A stretch of DNA of 64,000 nt from contig NC_043000.1 in NCBI RefSeq assembly GCF_006345805.1, forward strand, positions 83,204,001 through 83,268,000. The letters are read 5' to 3'. Both the position numbers and the translations under genes were made by a program. The notes under the pieces were generated by a model that searched no databases, was not told the origin of the DNA, and saw only the letters and a list, made by a program, of their open reading frames with translations. Below, piece after piece: positions 25,226 through 37,716 of the stretch. This stretch comes from Octopus sinensis (lineage: Eukaryota). The number at the start of each line of letters is the position of its first letter. Positions within the stretch are counted from its first letter, which is position 1.

Positions 25226-25423
25226 CTAATAAAGTAATAAAAATAAATATATTCAATAAATATATTCTTCAGACCCTAGAATGATGTTGAATAGGCTTTG
25301 ACTATTATAAGCACAAGCTGCAACAGTGTGCACATAAAATCCAAACAATTATATTTGTTGTAAATGATATTTTTTAAATACACCAAAAATAAAATGAAAA
25401 AATATTCAAAAACTGTTATTTAC

Positions 25424-25516
25424 ATTTTCTTCTTTCTGTTTTTTCTTCAACTCTATTCTCTGGGCTAGTGTTAACCCATCATCCACTTTCTCCCGTTTCT
25501 TCTTCTTTTTTGGCAT
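25424..25516 (-). CDS. Unknown gene, coding exon 1 (basic NLS-like N-terminus)
   Basis: ATG at 25516 after an in-frame upstream TAA. Translates to MPKKKKKREKVDDGLTLAQRIELKKKQKEEN. Donor AAT|GTAAAT. An upstream acceptor TATTTCAG near 25580 suggests UTR exons further upstream. Confidence 0.7.
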
Positions 25517-25742
25517 TTTCTTAAAGTTCCTACAAGTCTTTTACTGCAACTTCAACTCTGGGAAGTACTTTTCTTTTAACTGAAATACATAAAGATATCA
25601 GACTTACTTGAAATTTTCTATATATTAATTGTTTGTGTTTTAACATTTAACCTAAACAACTGCATTAAAGCAAACTTTGTCATATTACGCTGCAAAACTA
25701 CATTGTGTGTGTGTATATATATATATGTGTGTGTGTGTGTCT

Positions 25743-26275
25743 TTATCTGTATATATAAAAGGCAGGATGTGTGTGGGTGTGTGTACGTGAATATAATTTA
25801 TGCACGTTTACAAATTAGCACACATGTCGCTCCAATTTTAGGAGGACATTCGTCACAATCCTAGCTAGGTTTTGTCAACTTATCTTTCCTGAGGCACCTG
25901 CGGATAGCGGAAAAATCGATTTTCAACCATAAATGTAAAATGTTTTTTTTCTTAAACATGAGATGCAGTCTTCAAATTTAGGATGTTTTTGGAAGACACT
26001 ATATTTTATAATCAGATTATATATACTTTCTCACACAAAAATTAAAATACATTTATTTCAAATCACTTATTTATCTATTTATCTGTAAAAGGTAGGCTGT
26101 ATGTGTGTGTGTGTGTGTGTGCGTGCGTAAATGTAATTTATGCACGTTCACAAATGTTGCTTCAATTTTAGGACATTGGTCACGATCATGGCTGTGTTTT
26201 TGTCAACTTATTTTCCCTGAAGTACATGTGGATAGTGGTAAAAATCGATTTTCAACCATAACTTTTACCAATTTC
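25743..26275 (+). repeat. Two diverged tandem copies of a Helitron-like 5' segment
   Basis: TATCTGT..AAAAGG.AGG.TGT(GT)n...TTTATGCACGTT...AAAATCGATTTTCAACCATAA at about 25743 and 26079. Confidence 0.5.
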
Positions 26276-26760
26276 CACATTGGTGAAATCTGTAAGTTTG
26301 CTAATATGAGTTAAGTCACCTGTCTAGCAATGGTGAGAAAGAAAAACAAAGAGTAAATTTTTAGATTAACACCTGCACGATTTTCACTAAGAAAAAAGAA
26401 AAAACTTGGATTTTTTGCATGGAATCAAGTACCCTGACCCCCTAATATGCTGCAAATCCCTTATTTTGGTTAGGAGAAAAGTGGGGTAGGGCAAGGGGGG
26501 ACCCCCCCCTCCTGGAATCTTTGGAAATTTTTTTGTTTTTGTTGAATGAATTCTTGTGACCTCCTAATGTGCAACAAAACCATTTTGGGGGTCCGAAAAA
26601 CGGGGTTGGGTGAGGTTGAAGCCTCAGAAATTTTACCCCCACCCCCATTGATCTTTTCACCCATATGATTTTCACTACAGAAAAAAGATAAAAATCTGAT
26701 TTTTTTTTTGCGTGAAATCAAGAACGCTAACTTCCTAATATGCTGCAAATCCCTTATTTT

Positions 26761-28650
26761 CGTTCGACTTTATGACACTCTCTTGCAGACTACCTCGTTG
26801 ACAAATGACAGGGACCTTCTCTTTGTGGCTGGTGACTTCAATGGACGTGTTGGACAACATGCAGGGGGCTTCCATGGCGTACATGGAGGCTATGGTTTTG
26901 GTTCCTGCAATGAGGGGGGAACTAGGCTACTGGAATCCTGCAATGCAAATGATCTTATGGTTTTCAATGCTAACTTCAGGAAACCTGCCAGTCACCTAGT
27001 CACCTACCATTCTGGCAGACACACTAGCCAAATTGACTACATCCTCGCCAGAAAAAGGGAAAGATGGCTGCTTATAAATGCCAAAACCTTCCCAGGCAAA
27101 GAATGTACCCCACAACACAACTAGTAGTTAGCGACTTCAGGATCAGGGCTAAAGGGATGCCCAGAAGACAACCAGCATGGAGGAGAAAGGTCTGGAAGCT
27201 TAAAGATCCAGCGAATGGACAGAGATTTAGAGATGTATTACTCGAAGCCTTTGACGAAATAGAAGGGGATATAGCATCACATGATGTAGAAGACAACTAG
27301 AGGTTTCTATGGGACAACCTGCTGAGGTGCAAAGTCCCCTCTCGACCCAAGGTAACGTGGTGGTGGAACAATGTTGTAGACAGGGCTATTAGAGAAAAGA
27401 AACAGGCTTGGAAGGACTGGAAGAATGGTGGTAGCAAGGAATTGCATCAGACTGCCAGAAGGGAAGCTAGGAGACAGGTTTATTTAGCCAGAGGGGAAGC
27501 AGATAAGAAAAAATTTGCCAATGTGCTCTGCTGTGAGGACCAAAGACTTGAGGTATTTTGTGTTGCAAGACAGTGTGTGAGAGAGAATTGTGATGTAGGA
27601 GAGAAATGTCTCCGCATAGATGATGGTTCACTTGCATTAAATGAGGCTGCAAAGAGAGAGGTTTGGAGACACCACTATGAAAGGTTGCTCAATAAGGAGA
27701 CTGAATGGGAGAAAGAAAGTCTGCCGAATGTCGACCCAACAGAGGAACCAGCTATCCGAATTGACAGTACCTTGGTAGATAAAGCAATTAAAGATATGAT
27801 GACAGGGAAAACTCCTGGCCTATCAGGAATCACCACCGAGATGCTCAAAATATCTGGCGGTGTCAGCTATAGCCTAGTCACCTGTATAGTTTACCAGGTG
27901 ATACATGAAGGAATCATACCCAATGACTGGTGTAGCAGCACCATAGTCAACTGCTACAAAGGTAAAGGTGACACTTTAGATACAAATAATTACAGAGGTA
28001 TCAAGTTGTTGGATCAGGTAATGAAGGTCATGGAGATGGTCATAGCCCAACTAATTGGGGAAATAGTTAGTTTAGATGAGATGCAGTTGGGGTTTGTGCC
28101 AGGGAAAAAACACCACTGATGCTATATTTCTGGTAAGGCAGCTGCAAGAAAAATACATAGCCAAAGATAAACCTCTGTATCTGGCTTTTTGTTGACATGG
28201 AGAAAGCCTTTGACAGGGTCCCCCGATCCCTTATCTGGTGGTCAATGAGGAAACTAGGGATAGATGAATGGTTAGTGAGAGCTGTGCAAGCCATGCACAG
28301 GGATGCTGTCAGTAACGTGAAGGTTGGTGATGAGTACAGTGAAGAATTTTGAGTAGGGATAGGGGTCCACCAACAATCAGTCCTCATCCCCCTCTTATTC
28401 ATCATGATCCTCCAAGTAATAACAGAGGAACCTAAGACAGGATGCCCCTGGGAGCTCCTCTATGCTGATGACCTTGCTCTAATTGCTGAGTCACTATCAG
28501 AACTAAAGGAAAAGTTTCAGATGTGGAAGCAAGGATTAGAATCAAAGGGCCTTAGAGTCAACCCAGCTAAAACCAAAGTCTTAATAAATAGGAAGGCAGA
28601 CAAACTACAAATCCCTTCAGGTAGATGGCCCTGCTCAATCTGTAGAAAAT
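26761..28650 (+). mobile_element. Older, truncated copy of the same RTE family (pseudogenised APE-RT)
   Basis: Colinear with about 58425-60330, but with in-frame stops, frameshifts and an internal deletion. YADD is retained near 28461. Confidence 0.92.
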
Positions 28651-28741
28651 GAAGATATGAAGAATTGAGTTTAATACCCAACATTTATAAGACAGAGGTG
28701 AAGGAAGGGTAAAGGGAGGATAAAGGAAGGTTAAGGCCCCT

Positions 28742-29380
28742 TTGAGATTAGGTTCAACAACCACAAGTCCTTTTTTGGAGAGAATAGTCACAGGAGATGA
28801 GGCCTGGATCCATCACTTCGAGCCAGAATCCAAAATGCAGTGTATGGAGTGGAAACACCTGGAAACGCAAACAAAACAGAAATTCAAGGCTCAACCTTCT
28901 GCAGAAAAAGTTATGGCAACTGTTTTTTGGATTGCAAAAAAAGGGTATAAAGTAACCAGTGTAGGCTACAGTGAAATGCTGGTCAGCAAACTGAAACCAC
29001 TGAGGTTTATTGTCAAAGAAAGTGTTATTGCTGTACAAAAATTCACACACAACTAATGCCCACATTGTTGAAACCATTGAAAAATTGGGTCTCAAGTTCC
29101 TGGAATTCTTTGCATACAGTTCAAATCTCACCCATTCCAACTATCATTACTTTGGACCATTCTAGCCTCTTTTCCAAGGTCATCAATTTGCTATGGACGA
29201 AGACACACAGGAAGTTGTGCATAAATGGCTGATGGAATAAGCAAGCTTGTGGACCACTGGAAGAAGTGCACTGTAAAGCAAGGTGGCTATGTTGAAAAAT
29301 TATGTAATTCTTCAACCCTTGCTTTTGTTTTAATAAGCTACAGAAACAAGAGTACATATAATTTCTAACTTACTCTTGTA
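28742..29380 (+). mobile_element. Mariner transposase remnant
   Basis: FLERIVTGDEAWIHHFEPESKMQCMEWKH...KVMATVFW carries the first catalytic D of mariner transposases; a decayed YSPDLAP-like motif follows. Confidence 0.8.
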
Positions 29381-29610
29381 TATGTATGTGATGTGTTCTT
29401 GAGCCAAACACTTTATTTACCATTGCTCTGCAATAACCGTGGCATCTAACATGTGGCATATCATGCAACTGTATAGGCAAAATTGATTTCATGGAGGGAG
29501 TGAGCTAATGCACAACAAATTCATTTGATCATTATAGAAAAATCATCCGTGCAGGTTGTTCATCAAGACATTTCTGAAACCTCATCTGTTGTGTTTGAAA
29601 GTCAACCATG

Positions 29611-29641
<31 letters not shown>

Positions 29642-29670
29642 TTGTATGTGTGTGTGTGTGTTTGTGTGTA

Positions 29671-29764
<94 letters not shown>

Positions 29765-30329
29765 TAACTATATATCTTTTAAATTTGTTTCCAGGAAATG
29801 TTTTGAATATGCCAATAAAACTCTTGTTCCATTATGCTTGCTACAGTCTAATGATGCTAAGTGGTGAACCAGTTTTTTGGGGTTGCACTGAGTTGTACTG
29901 ATATAATATAGGATAAATATAGTAATAATAAGAATAATCCTTTGATGGAATTTATAAATATTTCAATGTGTCACTGTGTGCATTTTCACAAATCACATGT
30001 CTCTTAAGATCACAGTCTGTATTCCTGGAATGATTCCAGTGTAGTCCATAGTATCCATTGGCATCAGGTCGATCATCTTCATGGATTCACTTCTTCAGGT
30101 GATATAGCATTAATGAATGTTTAACTGAGGACTGTATATCACTTTCGACCAGTGAGAAGGTTGACTCGTCAAAACTGATAAACAACCCTCACCAATATAT
30201 CCCGTGTCTTCCTGGGTCTACCTCTTCTGCAGGTTCCCTCCACGGTTAGAGATCAACATTTCTTTATGCAGCTGTTTTCATCTATATGCATCCCATACCA
30301 TACCAGCACAGACATCTCTCTTGCACACA

Positions 30330-30354
30330 TATATTCATATTCATATATATATTC

Positions 30355-30399
<45 letters not shown>

Positions 30400-30410
30400 C
30401 AGAGACAGAC

Positions 30411-30475
<65 letters not shown>

Positions 30476-30504
30476 TATAGATAGATAGATAGACAGATAG
30501 ATAT

Positions 30505-30595
<91 letters not shown>
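30330..30595. repeat. Compound microsatellite (TA)n(GA)n(GATA)n
   Basis: Direct reading. Other long simple repeats include (TG)n at 29609-29760, (TACA)n/(TA)n at 30890-31130 and (AAT)n at 1160-1205. Confidence 0.95.
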
Positions 30596-30850
30596 CCTGA
30601 GTAAGCACAAAAATGTGCAAATTTGAAACAAGGTGGGAAAAATAGTACTCAAATACCAGAGGTAGAGTTATTTGATTTATTATTAAAGTTGCAGAAACAT
30701 CACAAAAATATCCCAAAAACTGCTATTCAGAATTTCACATACCTGTTTGTCAGATATCAAAACTGTCCAACAAACAGGAATGTGAAACTCTGAGCATCAG
30801 ATTTTTTTTTGTGATATTTTTGTGATGTTTTGCAGCTTTAATAATAAAGT
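30596..30850. mobile_element. Degenerate palindromic Penelope-like remnant within a (GATA)n tract
   Basis: Inverted arms 30677-30752 vs 30766-30848. Decayed hammerhead-like motif on the minus strand (CTGACAA-ACA-GGTA-TGT-GAAA-TTCTGAA-TA) and its mirror on the plus strand. Confidence 0.45.
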
Positions 30851-30938
30851 AGATAGATTAGACAGACAGACTGACAGACAGATAGATAGATAAATACATA
30901 TATACATACATACATACATACATACATACATACATACA

Positions 30939-30969
<31 letters not shown>

Positions 30970-30981
30970 GCATACATACAT

Positions 30982-31015
<34 letters not shown>

Positions 31016-31019
31016 ACAA

Positions 31020-31051
<32 letters not shown>

Positions 31052-31083
31052 TATATAATATATATAATATATATATATATATT

Positions 31084-31114
<31 letters not shown>

Positions 31115-31130
31115 AATATATATATATATA

Positions 31131-32785
31131 TCATCATCATCATCATCATCATCATCATTTAACGTCCGCTTTCCATGCTAGCATGGGTTGGACGGTTCAA
31201 CTGGGGTCTGGGGAGCCCGAAGGCTGCACCAGGCCAGTCAGATCTGGCAGTGTTTCTACAGCTGGATGCCCTTCCTAACGCCAACCACTCCGAGAGTGTA
31301 GTGGGTGATTTTATGTGCCACCGACACAGGTGCCAGACAAGGCTGGCGAACGGCCACGCTCGGGTGGTGTTTTTATGTGCCACCGACACAGGTGCCAGAC
31401 GAAGCTGGCGAACGGCCACGCTCGGATGGTGTTTTTATGTGCCACCGACACAGGTGCCAGACAAGGCTAGCAGACGACCACGCTCGGATGGTGTTTTTAT
31501 GTGCCACCGACACAGGTGCCAGACGAGGCTGGCGAACGGCCACGCTCGGATGGTGGTTTTATGTGCCACCGACACAGGTGCCAGACAAGGCTAGCAGACG
31601 ACCACGCTCGGATGGTGTTTTTTATGTGCCACCGACACAGGTGCCAGACGAAGCTGGCGAACGGCCACGCTCGGATGGTGTTTTTATGTGCCACCGACAC
31701 AGGTGCCAGACAAGGCTAGCAGACGACCACGCTCGGATGGTGTTTTTATGTGCCACCGACACAGGTGCCAGACGAGGCTGGCGAACGGCCACGCTCGGAT
31801 GGTGTTTTTATGTGCCACCGACACAGGTGCCAGACAAGGCTAGCAGACGACCACGCTCGGATGGTGTTTTTTATGTGACACCGACACAGGTGCCAGACGA
31901 GGCTGGCCAACGGCCACGCTCGGATGGTGTTTTTATGTGCCACCGACACAGGTGCCAGACAAGGCTAGCAGACGACCACGCTCGGATGGTGTTTTTTATG
32001 TGCCACCGACACAGGTGCCAGACGAGGCTGGCCAACGGCCACGCTCGGATGGTGTTTTTATGTGCCACCGACACATGTGCCAGACAAGGCTAGCAGACGA
32101 CCACGCTCGGATGGTGTTTTTTTATGTGCCACCGACACAGGAGCCAGATTAGGCTGGCGATCGGCCACGATTAGATGGTGATTGTTACGTGCCCACAGCA
32201 TGGAGGCCAGTCAGGTGCAGTACTGGCTACGGCAACGTTCGGATGGTTTTCTTGTGTGCCACCGGCACTGGTACCACAAAGATACCAATTCCATTGATGT
32301 TCATCTATTTTGATTTTGTTTGATTTTTTTTGATTGATTTTCACTTGCCTCAACAGGTCTTCACAAGTGTCACAAGAAGGAAGGTATGCACAGGTGGACT
32401 GACTACGTCCCAGGTAGGGGCCACAGGTTATGGCCTGACTAGTCTTGCCGGGTCTTCTCACGCACAGCATACTTCCATAGGTCTCGGTCTCTAGTCATTT
32501 CCTTGGTGAGACCTAAAGTTCGTAGGTCGTGCTTCACCACTTCGTCCCAGGTTTTCCTGGGTCTACCTCTTCCACAGGTTCCCTCAACTGCTAGGGTGTA
32601 GCACTTTTGCACACAACTATCTTCAGCCATTCTCGTCATATGTCCATACCAGCGCAGCCGTCTCTCTTGCACACCACAACTGACGCTTCTTAGGTTCAAC
32701 TTTTCTCTCAAGGTACTTACACTCTGACGATTATGAACACTGACATTACACATCCATCGGAGCATACTGGCTTCATTTCTTGCGA
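31131..32785 (-). mobile_element. 5'-truncated RTE copy with a greatly expanded 3'-UTR tandem repeat
   Basis: ORF C-terminus ([12 protein letters not shown]...REKTRQD*) at 32439-32785, (GAT)n tail at 31131-31157, inserted in TA-rich microsatellite. Confidence 0.92.
31313..32150. repeat. 62-63 bp tandem array (about 14 units) with alternating A/B variants
   Basis: Unit ATGTGCCACCGACACAGGTGCCAGA-[CGAGGCTGGCGAACGG or CAAGGCTAGCAGACGA]-CCACGCTCGGATGGTGTTTTT. Confidence 0.95.
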
Positions 32786-32819
32786 TATACATATATATAT
32801 ATATTTATATATATGTATG

Positions 32820-32853
<34 letters not shown>

Positions 32854-32863
32854 TGTATGTATG

Positions 32864-32897
<34 letters not shown>

Positions 32898-32920
32898 TGT
32901 ATGTATATATATATATATAT

Positions 32921-33235
32921 ATCACCGTGATCACCGTGACCGACCAGGCTATCAGATGTTGCTACACATCCCTGGTCACAATGCACTTCGCATTACTTTA
33001 GCCTTCAAATGACGCCACCCCGCTGGCTAAACGAACAGGCAAACAGCAGAAAGAGTGAGAGAAAGTTGTGGCGAAGGAGTACAGCAGGGATCGCCACCAT
33101 CCCCTGCCGGAGCCTCGTGGAGATTTGTAGGTGTTTTCGCTCAATAAACACTCACAATGCCCGGTGTGGGAATCAAAACCGCGATCTTATAACCACGAGT
33201 CCGCTGCCCTAACTACTGGGCCATTGCACCTCCAC
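32921..33235 (-). mobile_element. tRNA-derived SINE
   Basis: Minus strand head TGGAGGTGCAATGGCCCAGTAGTTAGGGCAGCGGACTCGTGGTT...GGTTTTGATTCCC has A/B boxes; it sits between TA runs. Confidence 0.75.
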
Positions 33236-33270
<35 letters not shown>

Positions 33271-33273
<3 letters not shown>

Positions 33274-34310
33274 GGGTGCATAAGGTATTTGAGGACATAA
33301 CGTTTTGGGGTCAACACTGCATTTTTTGCTCATTCTGTATAATCTTTGTTTCAGAATATAATAATGGAAGATCCTCAGCTTACTCAGGAAATGAAGAGGC
33401 ATGCTGTTATTGTGGTTATAAAGGCTGAGCATAGCGATTTAGAAATATCTTGATTTTTACAAGTTGCCAGATCTTTCATCTACAAAGTTTGTAAAGCATT
33501 AGAGACTGAAGATGGAAACGTATCACTTGTATCAAAACATAAAAAACATTTTAAATGCTCTGAAATCATCAGAACATTTGAATTTAACCAGCAAGTTCAA
33601 CAGACCATTGATTACCATCCTAGAAGGTCCATGAGGTCAATTTCAAAAGATCTCCATGTGTCAGAAGGAACAGTCAGAAATGTTGTCCGGGAAGACATCA
33701 GATATAAGTCTTATATGATGAGGAAAGGTCAATTTGTCAGAAAAAGCAAAAGAAAATCACTACATCAGATCTAAAAGGTTCTTAAATGAACTGAAAAATC
33801 CAGTAGAAGAAGATTTGATTTGGTTTTTCTCAAAAGAGAAAAACTTCAACCAAGATCAAAAAGTTAACAGAAAAAATGACAGATGATTATGTACATACCC
33901 TTCTGAAGTTCTACGTGTTATGCATACAAAATTTCCTGCAACTGTCATGGTTTTAGGGGTTGTCAGAAATGAAGGTCATGTAACACCACCTTACTTCTTT
34001 CCACAAGGCCTCAGAATTAACTCTACTGTCTACATTGAGGTCCTGGAATCAGTGTATGCAATGGATAGACAGTGTATGCAATGGAAGGCCATATATGTTT
34101 CAGTAAGACTCTACACTATCACACATGGCTCTAATCGCACAAGAATGGATGGCTGAAACACCAAAGATTCTTTGAAAGCTACCATAGTCAGAGTAATGTC
34201 CAAATTGCACCAGGACTACTCGATTCAAGCATGTTGATGATTTAGATCTCATATAGAAGCAGTTGTTGAAGCTGAAGGTGGCTTTATTGAATAACGTTGT
34301 AGAAAAGGTT
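33271..34310 (+). mobile_element. Degraded Tc1/mariner-superfamily transposon (related family)
   Basis: Begins ACAGGGTG; remnant HTKFPATVMVLGVVRNEGHVTPPYFFPQGLRINSTVYIEVL. Confidence 0.75.
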
Positions 34311-35599
34311 ATACACACACATACACACACATACATGTATATATATATATTGATAGCTACAACAATGTTATATGTCATTATTTATGTTTCACATTTGCAT
34401 CATTGGGTAATAGTACACAGATTAGCCTCATAAATATAATTATACAGGTTAGGTTGTGAGATTAAGAAGTTAGCTTAATAACTATACGATATCAAGTTCA
34501 GTTCCCCTGTGCAACAACCTGGGTAAGTGTCTTTTACTAGAACTCTAGGGCAACCAACACCTTGTGAGAGAATTTGGTTGATGGACACTATAGAAAGCCT
34601 CTCAGAGAGGTGTGTGCGTGTGTGTGTTTACATTACATATGTCTGTGTGTAAGAGTGAATAATTAGAAGTATGAGAAGCTGTAAAGTAATGCTTCAATAA
34701 TATATTCATCAAACCCATGCTACCATTGAAAAATGAACAGAAAAATGAATGAACACACAGACTTTATGCTTGTAAGGGAAACATTTTTCTTCTTTTATTT
34801 TTTGTTCATTACAAATGATATATAAGACACTTAAGGCTACATGCTGGCAGAATGGTTAGCATGCCATACAAAATGCTTAGTGGCATTTATTTCAACTGTC
34901 TTTATGTTCTGAGTTCAAGGTCAATTTTGCTTTTCATCCTTTTGGAGTTGATAAAATAAGTACTGGCTAAGCACTGAAGTTAATGTAGTTAACTTACCCC
35001 TCCCCTGAACCTACTGGCCTTGTGCCAAAATTTGAAAGCAATGTAGGAGACATGCATTATCAATGTTTGTTAATAACATGCCGCAGTAATAGAATCCTGT
35101 TTCTTTTTACAATTTTTGCATTTGTACCTCATATAGATAATGTACCTGACATATAAACATTAAGACAAAACACAGCTAATAAAATAATGTTTGGTTTACC
35201 TTATTGTAACTTTCCCATTTCTTTAGTAAATAAACAAATATCCATAGCAGTGAACTTTCAGTTTCAGTGAATGCAAGATAAAATATTATCACAAGAATGA
35301 TGGAATAATGGTCAATATGAAAAGACTCAAGAAAATACTGGATACTTTACGTGTCAAGATTCAAGTTGTTTGAGTTAGTTATTTATGGTTTGCTTGTCTT
35401 GTTCAATGTATCCGACTGATTACCTTCAGCTTTCAGTGTTGTTTAGCCTAAGGAAGATCAATATAAGTCTGTGCAAAACAATTAGAACCTCTCTCTTGAC
35501 AATGTTAACTGATTGATAGACATAGTAAACACACTTGTTCTGATTATAGAATCATATCTGACAATAATAACAACAGCTTTCTTAACACAATATTCTCTT

Positions 35600-36070
35600 T
35601 CTTTCTTCCTTCTTTCCTTTTACATATATTTTACCTTGATCACCAACCCTCTTACTCTTCTTCACTCTTTTTGTCTCATTAACTTTTTTCCAGTAACTAA
35701 TCAGAAGAAGAGGGATCGTGTCCTTGACTGTTGCAGGCTCTTCCCAGATTAGTGGTGTTGATGCAGTTGATAGTCAGTCACAATATACACCAGTTAATGT
35801 TTAAAGGAATACCATAAATAGGAAAAGAATTCTAGAAGGCTGCAGTGCTGGGAAAAAGTGTTTAGTGCAAGACCTTGAGCATGAGACACAGTAACGGTGG
35901 CAGTGTGTAGGGAGATGTCTGGGTCAAGATGAAGAGTGTCTACATGTAAGTAGTTCAGAGAAGTAGGGGTAGGAGAAGCAGAGAGAGGTAATAGTATATA
36001 TTTGAATGATACTTAAAGAATATTGGGGAGTAAATCAATCAACTGAATGGACTTCTTTTGGATACTTTCT
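35600..36070 (-). mobile_element. Degraded CR1/L2-like LINE 3' fragment
   Basis: The minus strand contains HFFPSTAAF*NSFP, resembling the SFFPRT..LWNSLP terminus of CR1/L2 ORF2. Confidence 0.4.
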
Positions 36071-36149
36071 TGTATCATCATCATCATCATCATTTAATGT
36101 CCATTTTCCATGCTGGCATGGACTGGACAAAAATGGAAACAGACTGTAT

Positions 36150-36213
36150 TGGCCAGTATGGGGTTGAACCCATGACATTCACATTATTAACACGATGTTT
36201 TAACCAGCTGAGT
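36150..36213 (-). pseudogene. Degenerate, 5'-truncated tRNA-Ile(AAT)-derived sequence
   Basis: Minus strand CTCAGCTGGTTAAAACATCGTGTTAATAATGTGAATGTCATGGGTTCAACCCCATACTGGCCA aligns to eukaryotic tRNA-Ile-AAT. Stems are broken by CpG-type changes and the 5' acceptor strand is missing. Confidence 0.65.
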
Positions 36214-36577
36214 TTTTTATATTTAAAGCAGTAGTGTTATTCCATAGATGAAACCAATTCCTTTCATCTAAAAAGGATTCCTAGCCTTTGTGACAATGTT
36301 ATATATATATAAGGTTGCCATAAGAGAAATGTGAGAGATTGTGACACCTAATCTCTTTAACAACTTTGGGATTTAGTTGTATGTGAATCATGACTAAAGA
36401 GAACGATGTACAAGATTTCCCTTGCTATGTGTCATCATGCTGTCAGAAAAGACAAAGTTTTCCAATCTCCACTGAAAAATATCCTTGAAACCATTGTTCA
36501 TGAAAAGATTCTGTCTGGTGAGGAATGAAAGATAGTATATCCTGCATTTACAATGTTTTTTTTTTTTTAGCTCAATC

Positions 36578-37716
36578 CTTTAGAATTTAAACAGGCCATA
36601 TCTGACCCAAATATTTGACCTATTTTATGATGAAACTGGCCAGATATGGCCTCTTACATGTATCCTACAATATCATTCTAAAAATAGACAAACTCATCAC
36701 TAAAATCTTGAAGCTTTGAGATAATACCTTATTAATTTGAAATAATAATAATCATCATCATCATCATTTAACGTCCGCTTTCCATGCTAGCATGGGTTGG
36801 ACAATTTGACTGAGGACTGGTGAAACAGATGGCTGCACCAGGCTCCAATCTAATCCGGCAGAGTTTCTACAGCATGATGCCCTTCATAATGCTAACCACT
36901 CTGAAAGTGTAGTGGGTGCTTTTATGTGCCACCAGCACGAGAGTCAGTCAGGTGGTACTGGCAACAGCCACGCTCAAATGGTGTTTTTTACGTGTCACCT
37001 GGACAGGAGCCAGTCCAGTGGCACTGGCAACAGCCTCGCTCGAATATTTTTTCATGTGCCACCGGTACAAATGCCAATAAGGCAACACTGGTAATGATCA
37101 CACTTGAATGGTGCTTTTTATGTGCCACTGGCATGGAAGCCAGTTAGCTGCTCTGGCAACGATCACGCTCGGATGGTGCTCTTAGCGCTCCACTAGCAAC
37201 AGATGCCGGTCATCGAATTTGATTTCGATTTCAATTTCACTTGCCTCAACAGGTCTTCGCAAGCAGAGTTTAGTGTCCCAATGAAGGAAAGGTATGCATA
37301 AGTGGGCTGGTTACACCCCTGGCATTGGTCACGAGGTTATGGTCTCACTTGGCTTGCCAGGTCTTCTCAAGCACAGCATATTTCCAAAGGTCTCGGTCAT
37401 TAGTGATTGCCTCAGTGAGGCAAATGTTCGAAGGCCATGCTTCACCACCTCATCCCAGGTCTTCCTGGGTCTACCTCTTCCACAGGTTCCCTCAACCACC
37501 AGGGTGTGGCACTTTTTCACTCAACTATCCTCATCCATTCTCACCACATGACCATACCAGCACAGTCGTCTCTCTTGCACACCACATCTGATGCTTCTTA
37601 GGTCCAACTTTTCTCTCAAGGTACTTACACTCTGCTGAGTATGCACACTGACATGACACATCCATTTGAGCAATTTGAATAAATAAGCAATACAGTTGAC
37701 AGAGTAATGTGATTTC
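36578..37716. mobile_element. Degenerate piggyBac-type MITE split by the RTE insertion
   Basis: Left end TCAATCCTTTAGAAT and right end TTCTAAAAGGTTA lie on either side of the LINE. Confidence 0.4.
36750..37671 (-). mobile_element. 5'-truncated RTE copy inserted into a MITE-like element
   Basis: C-terminal RTE coding (KKCHTLVVEGTCGRGRPRKTWDEVVKH), diverged 3'-UTR repeats and (GAT)n tail. AATTTGAA on both sides may be the TSD. Confidence 0.85.

Noticed and set aside
29525-31162. ORFs of poly-CV, YLSI and YI type (also near 5.7, 6.4, 13.4, 51.4 and 57.2 kb)
   Set aside because: Microsatellite translations.
31313-32150. CRISPR-like appearance of the regular 62-bp array
   Set aside because: The variable parts are two alternating variants rather than unique spacers, there are no cas genes, the context is eukaryotic, and the array lies inside a LINE 3' UTR.
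31159-32152. Long ORFs (up to 262 aa) over the array, and similar ORFs at 47342-47835
   Set aside because: By-products of a GC-rich tandem repeat; open in several frames on both strands.
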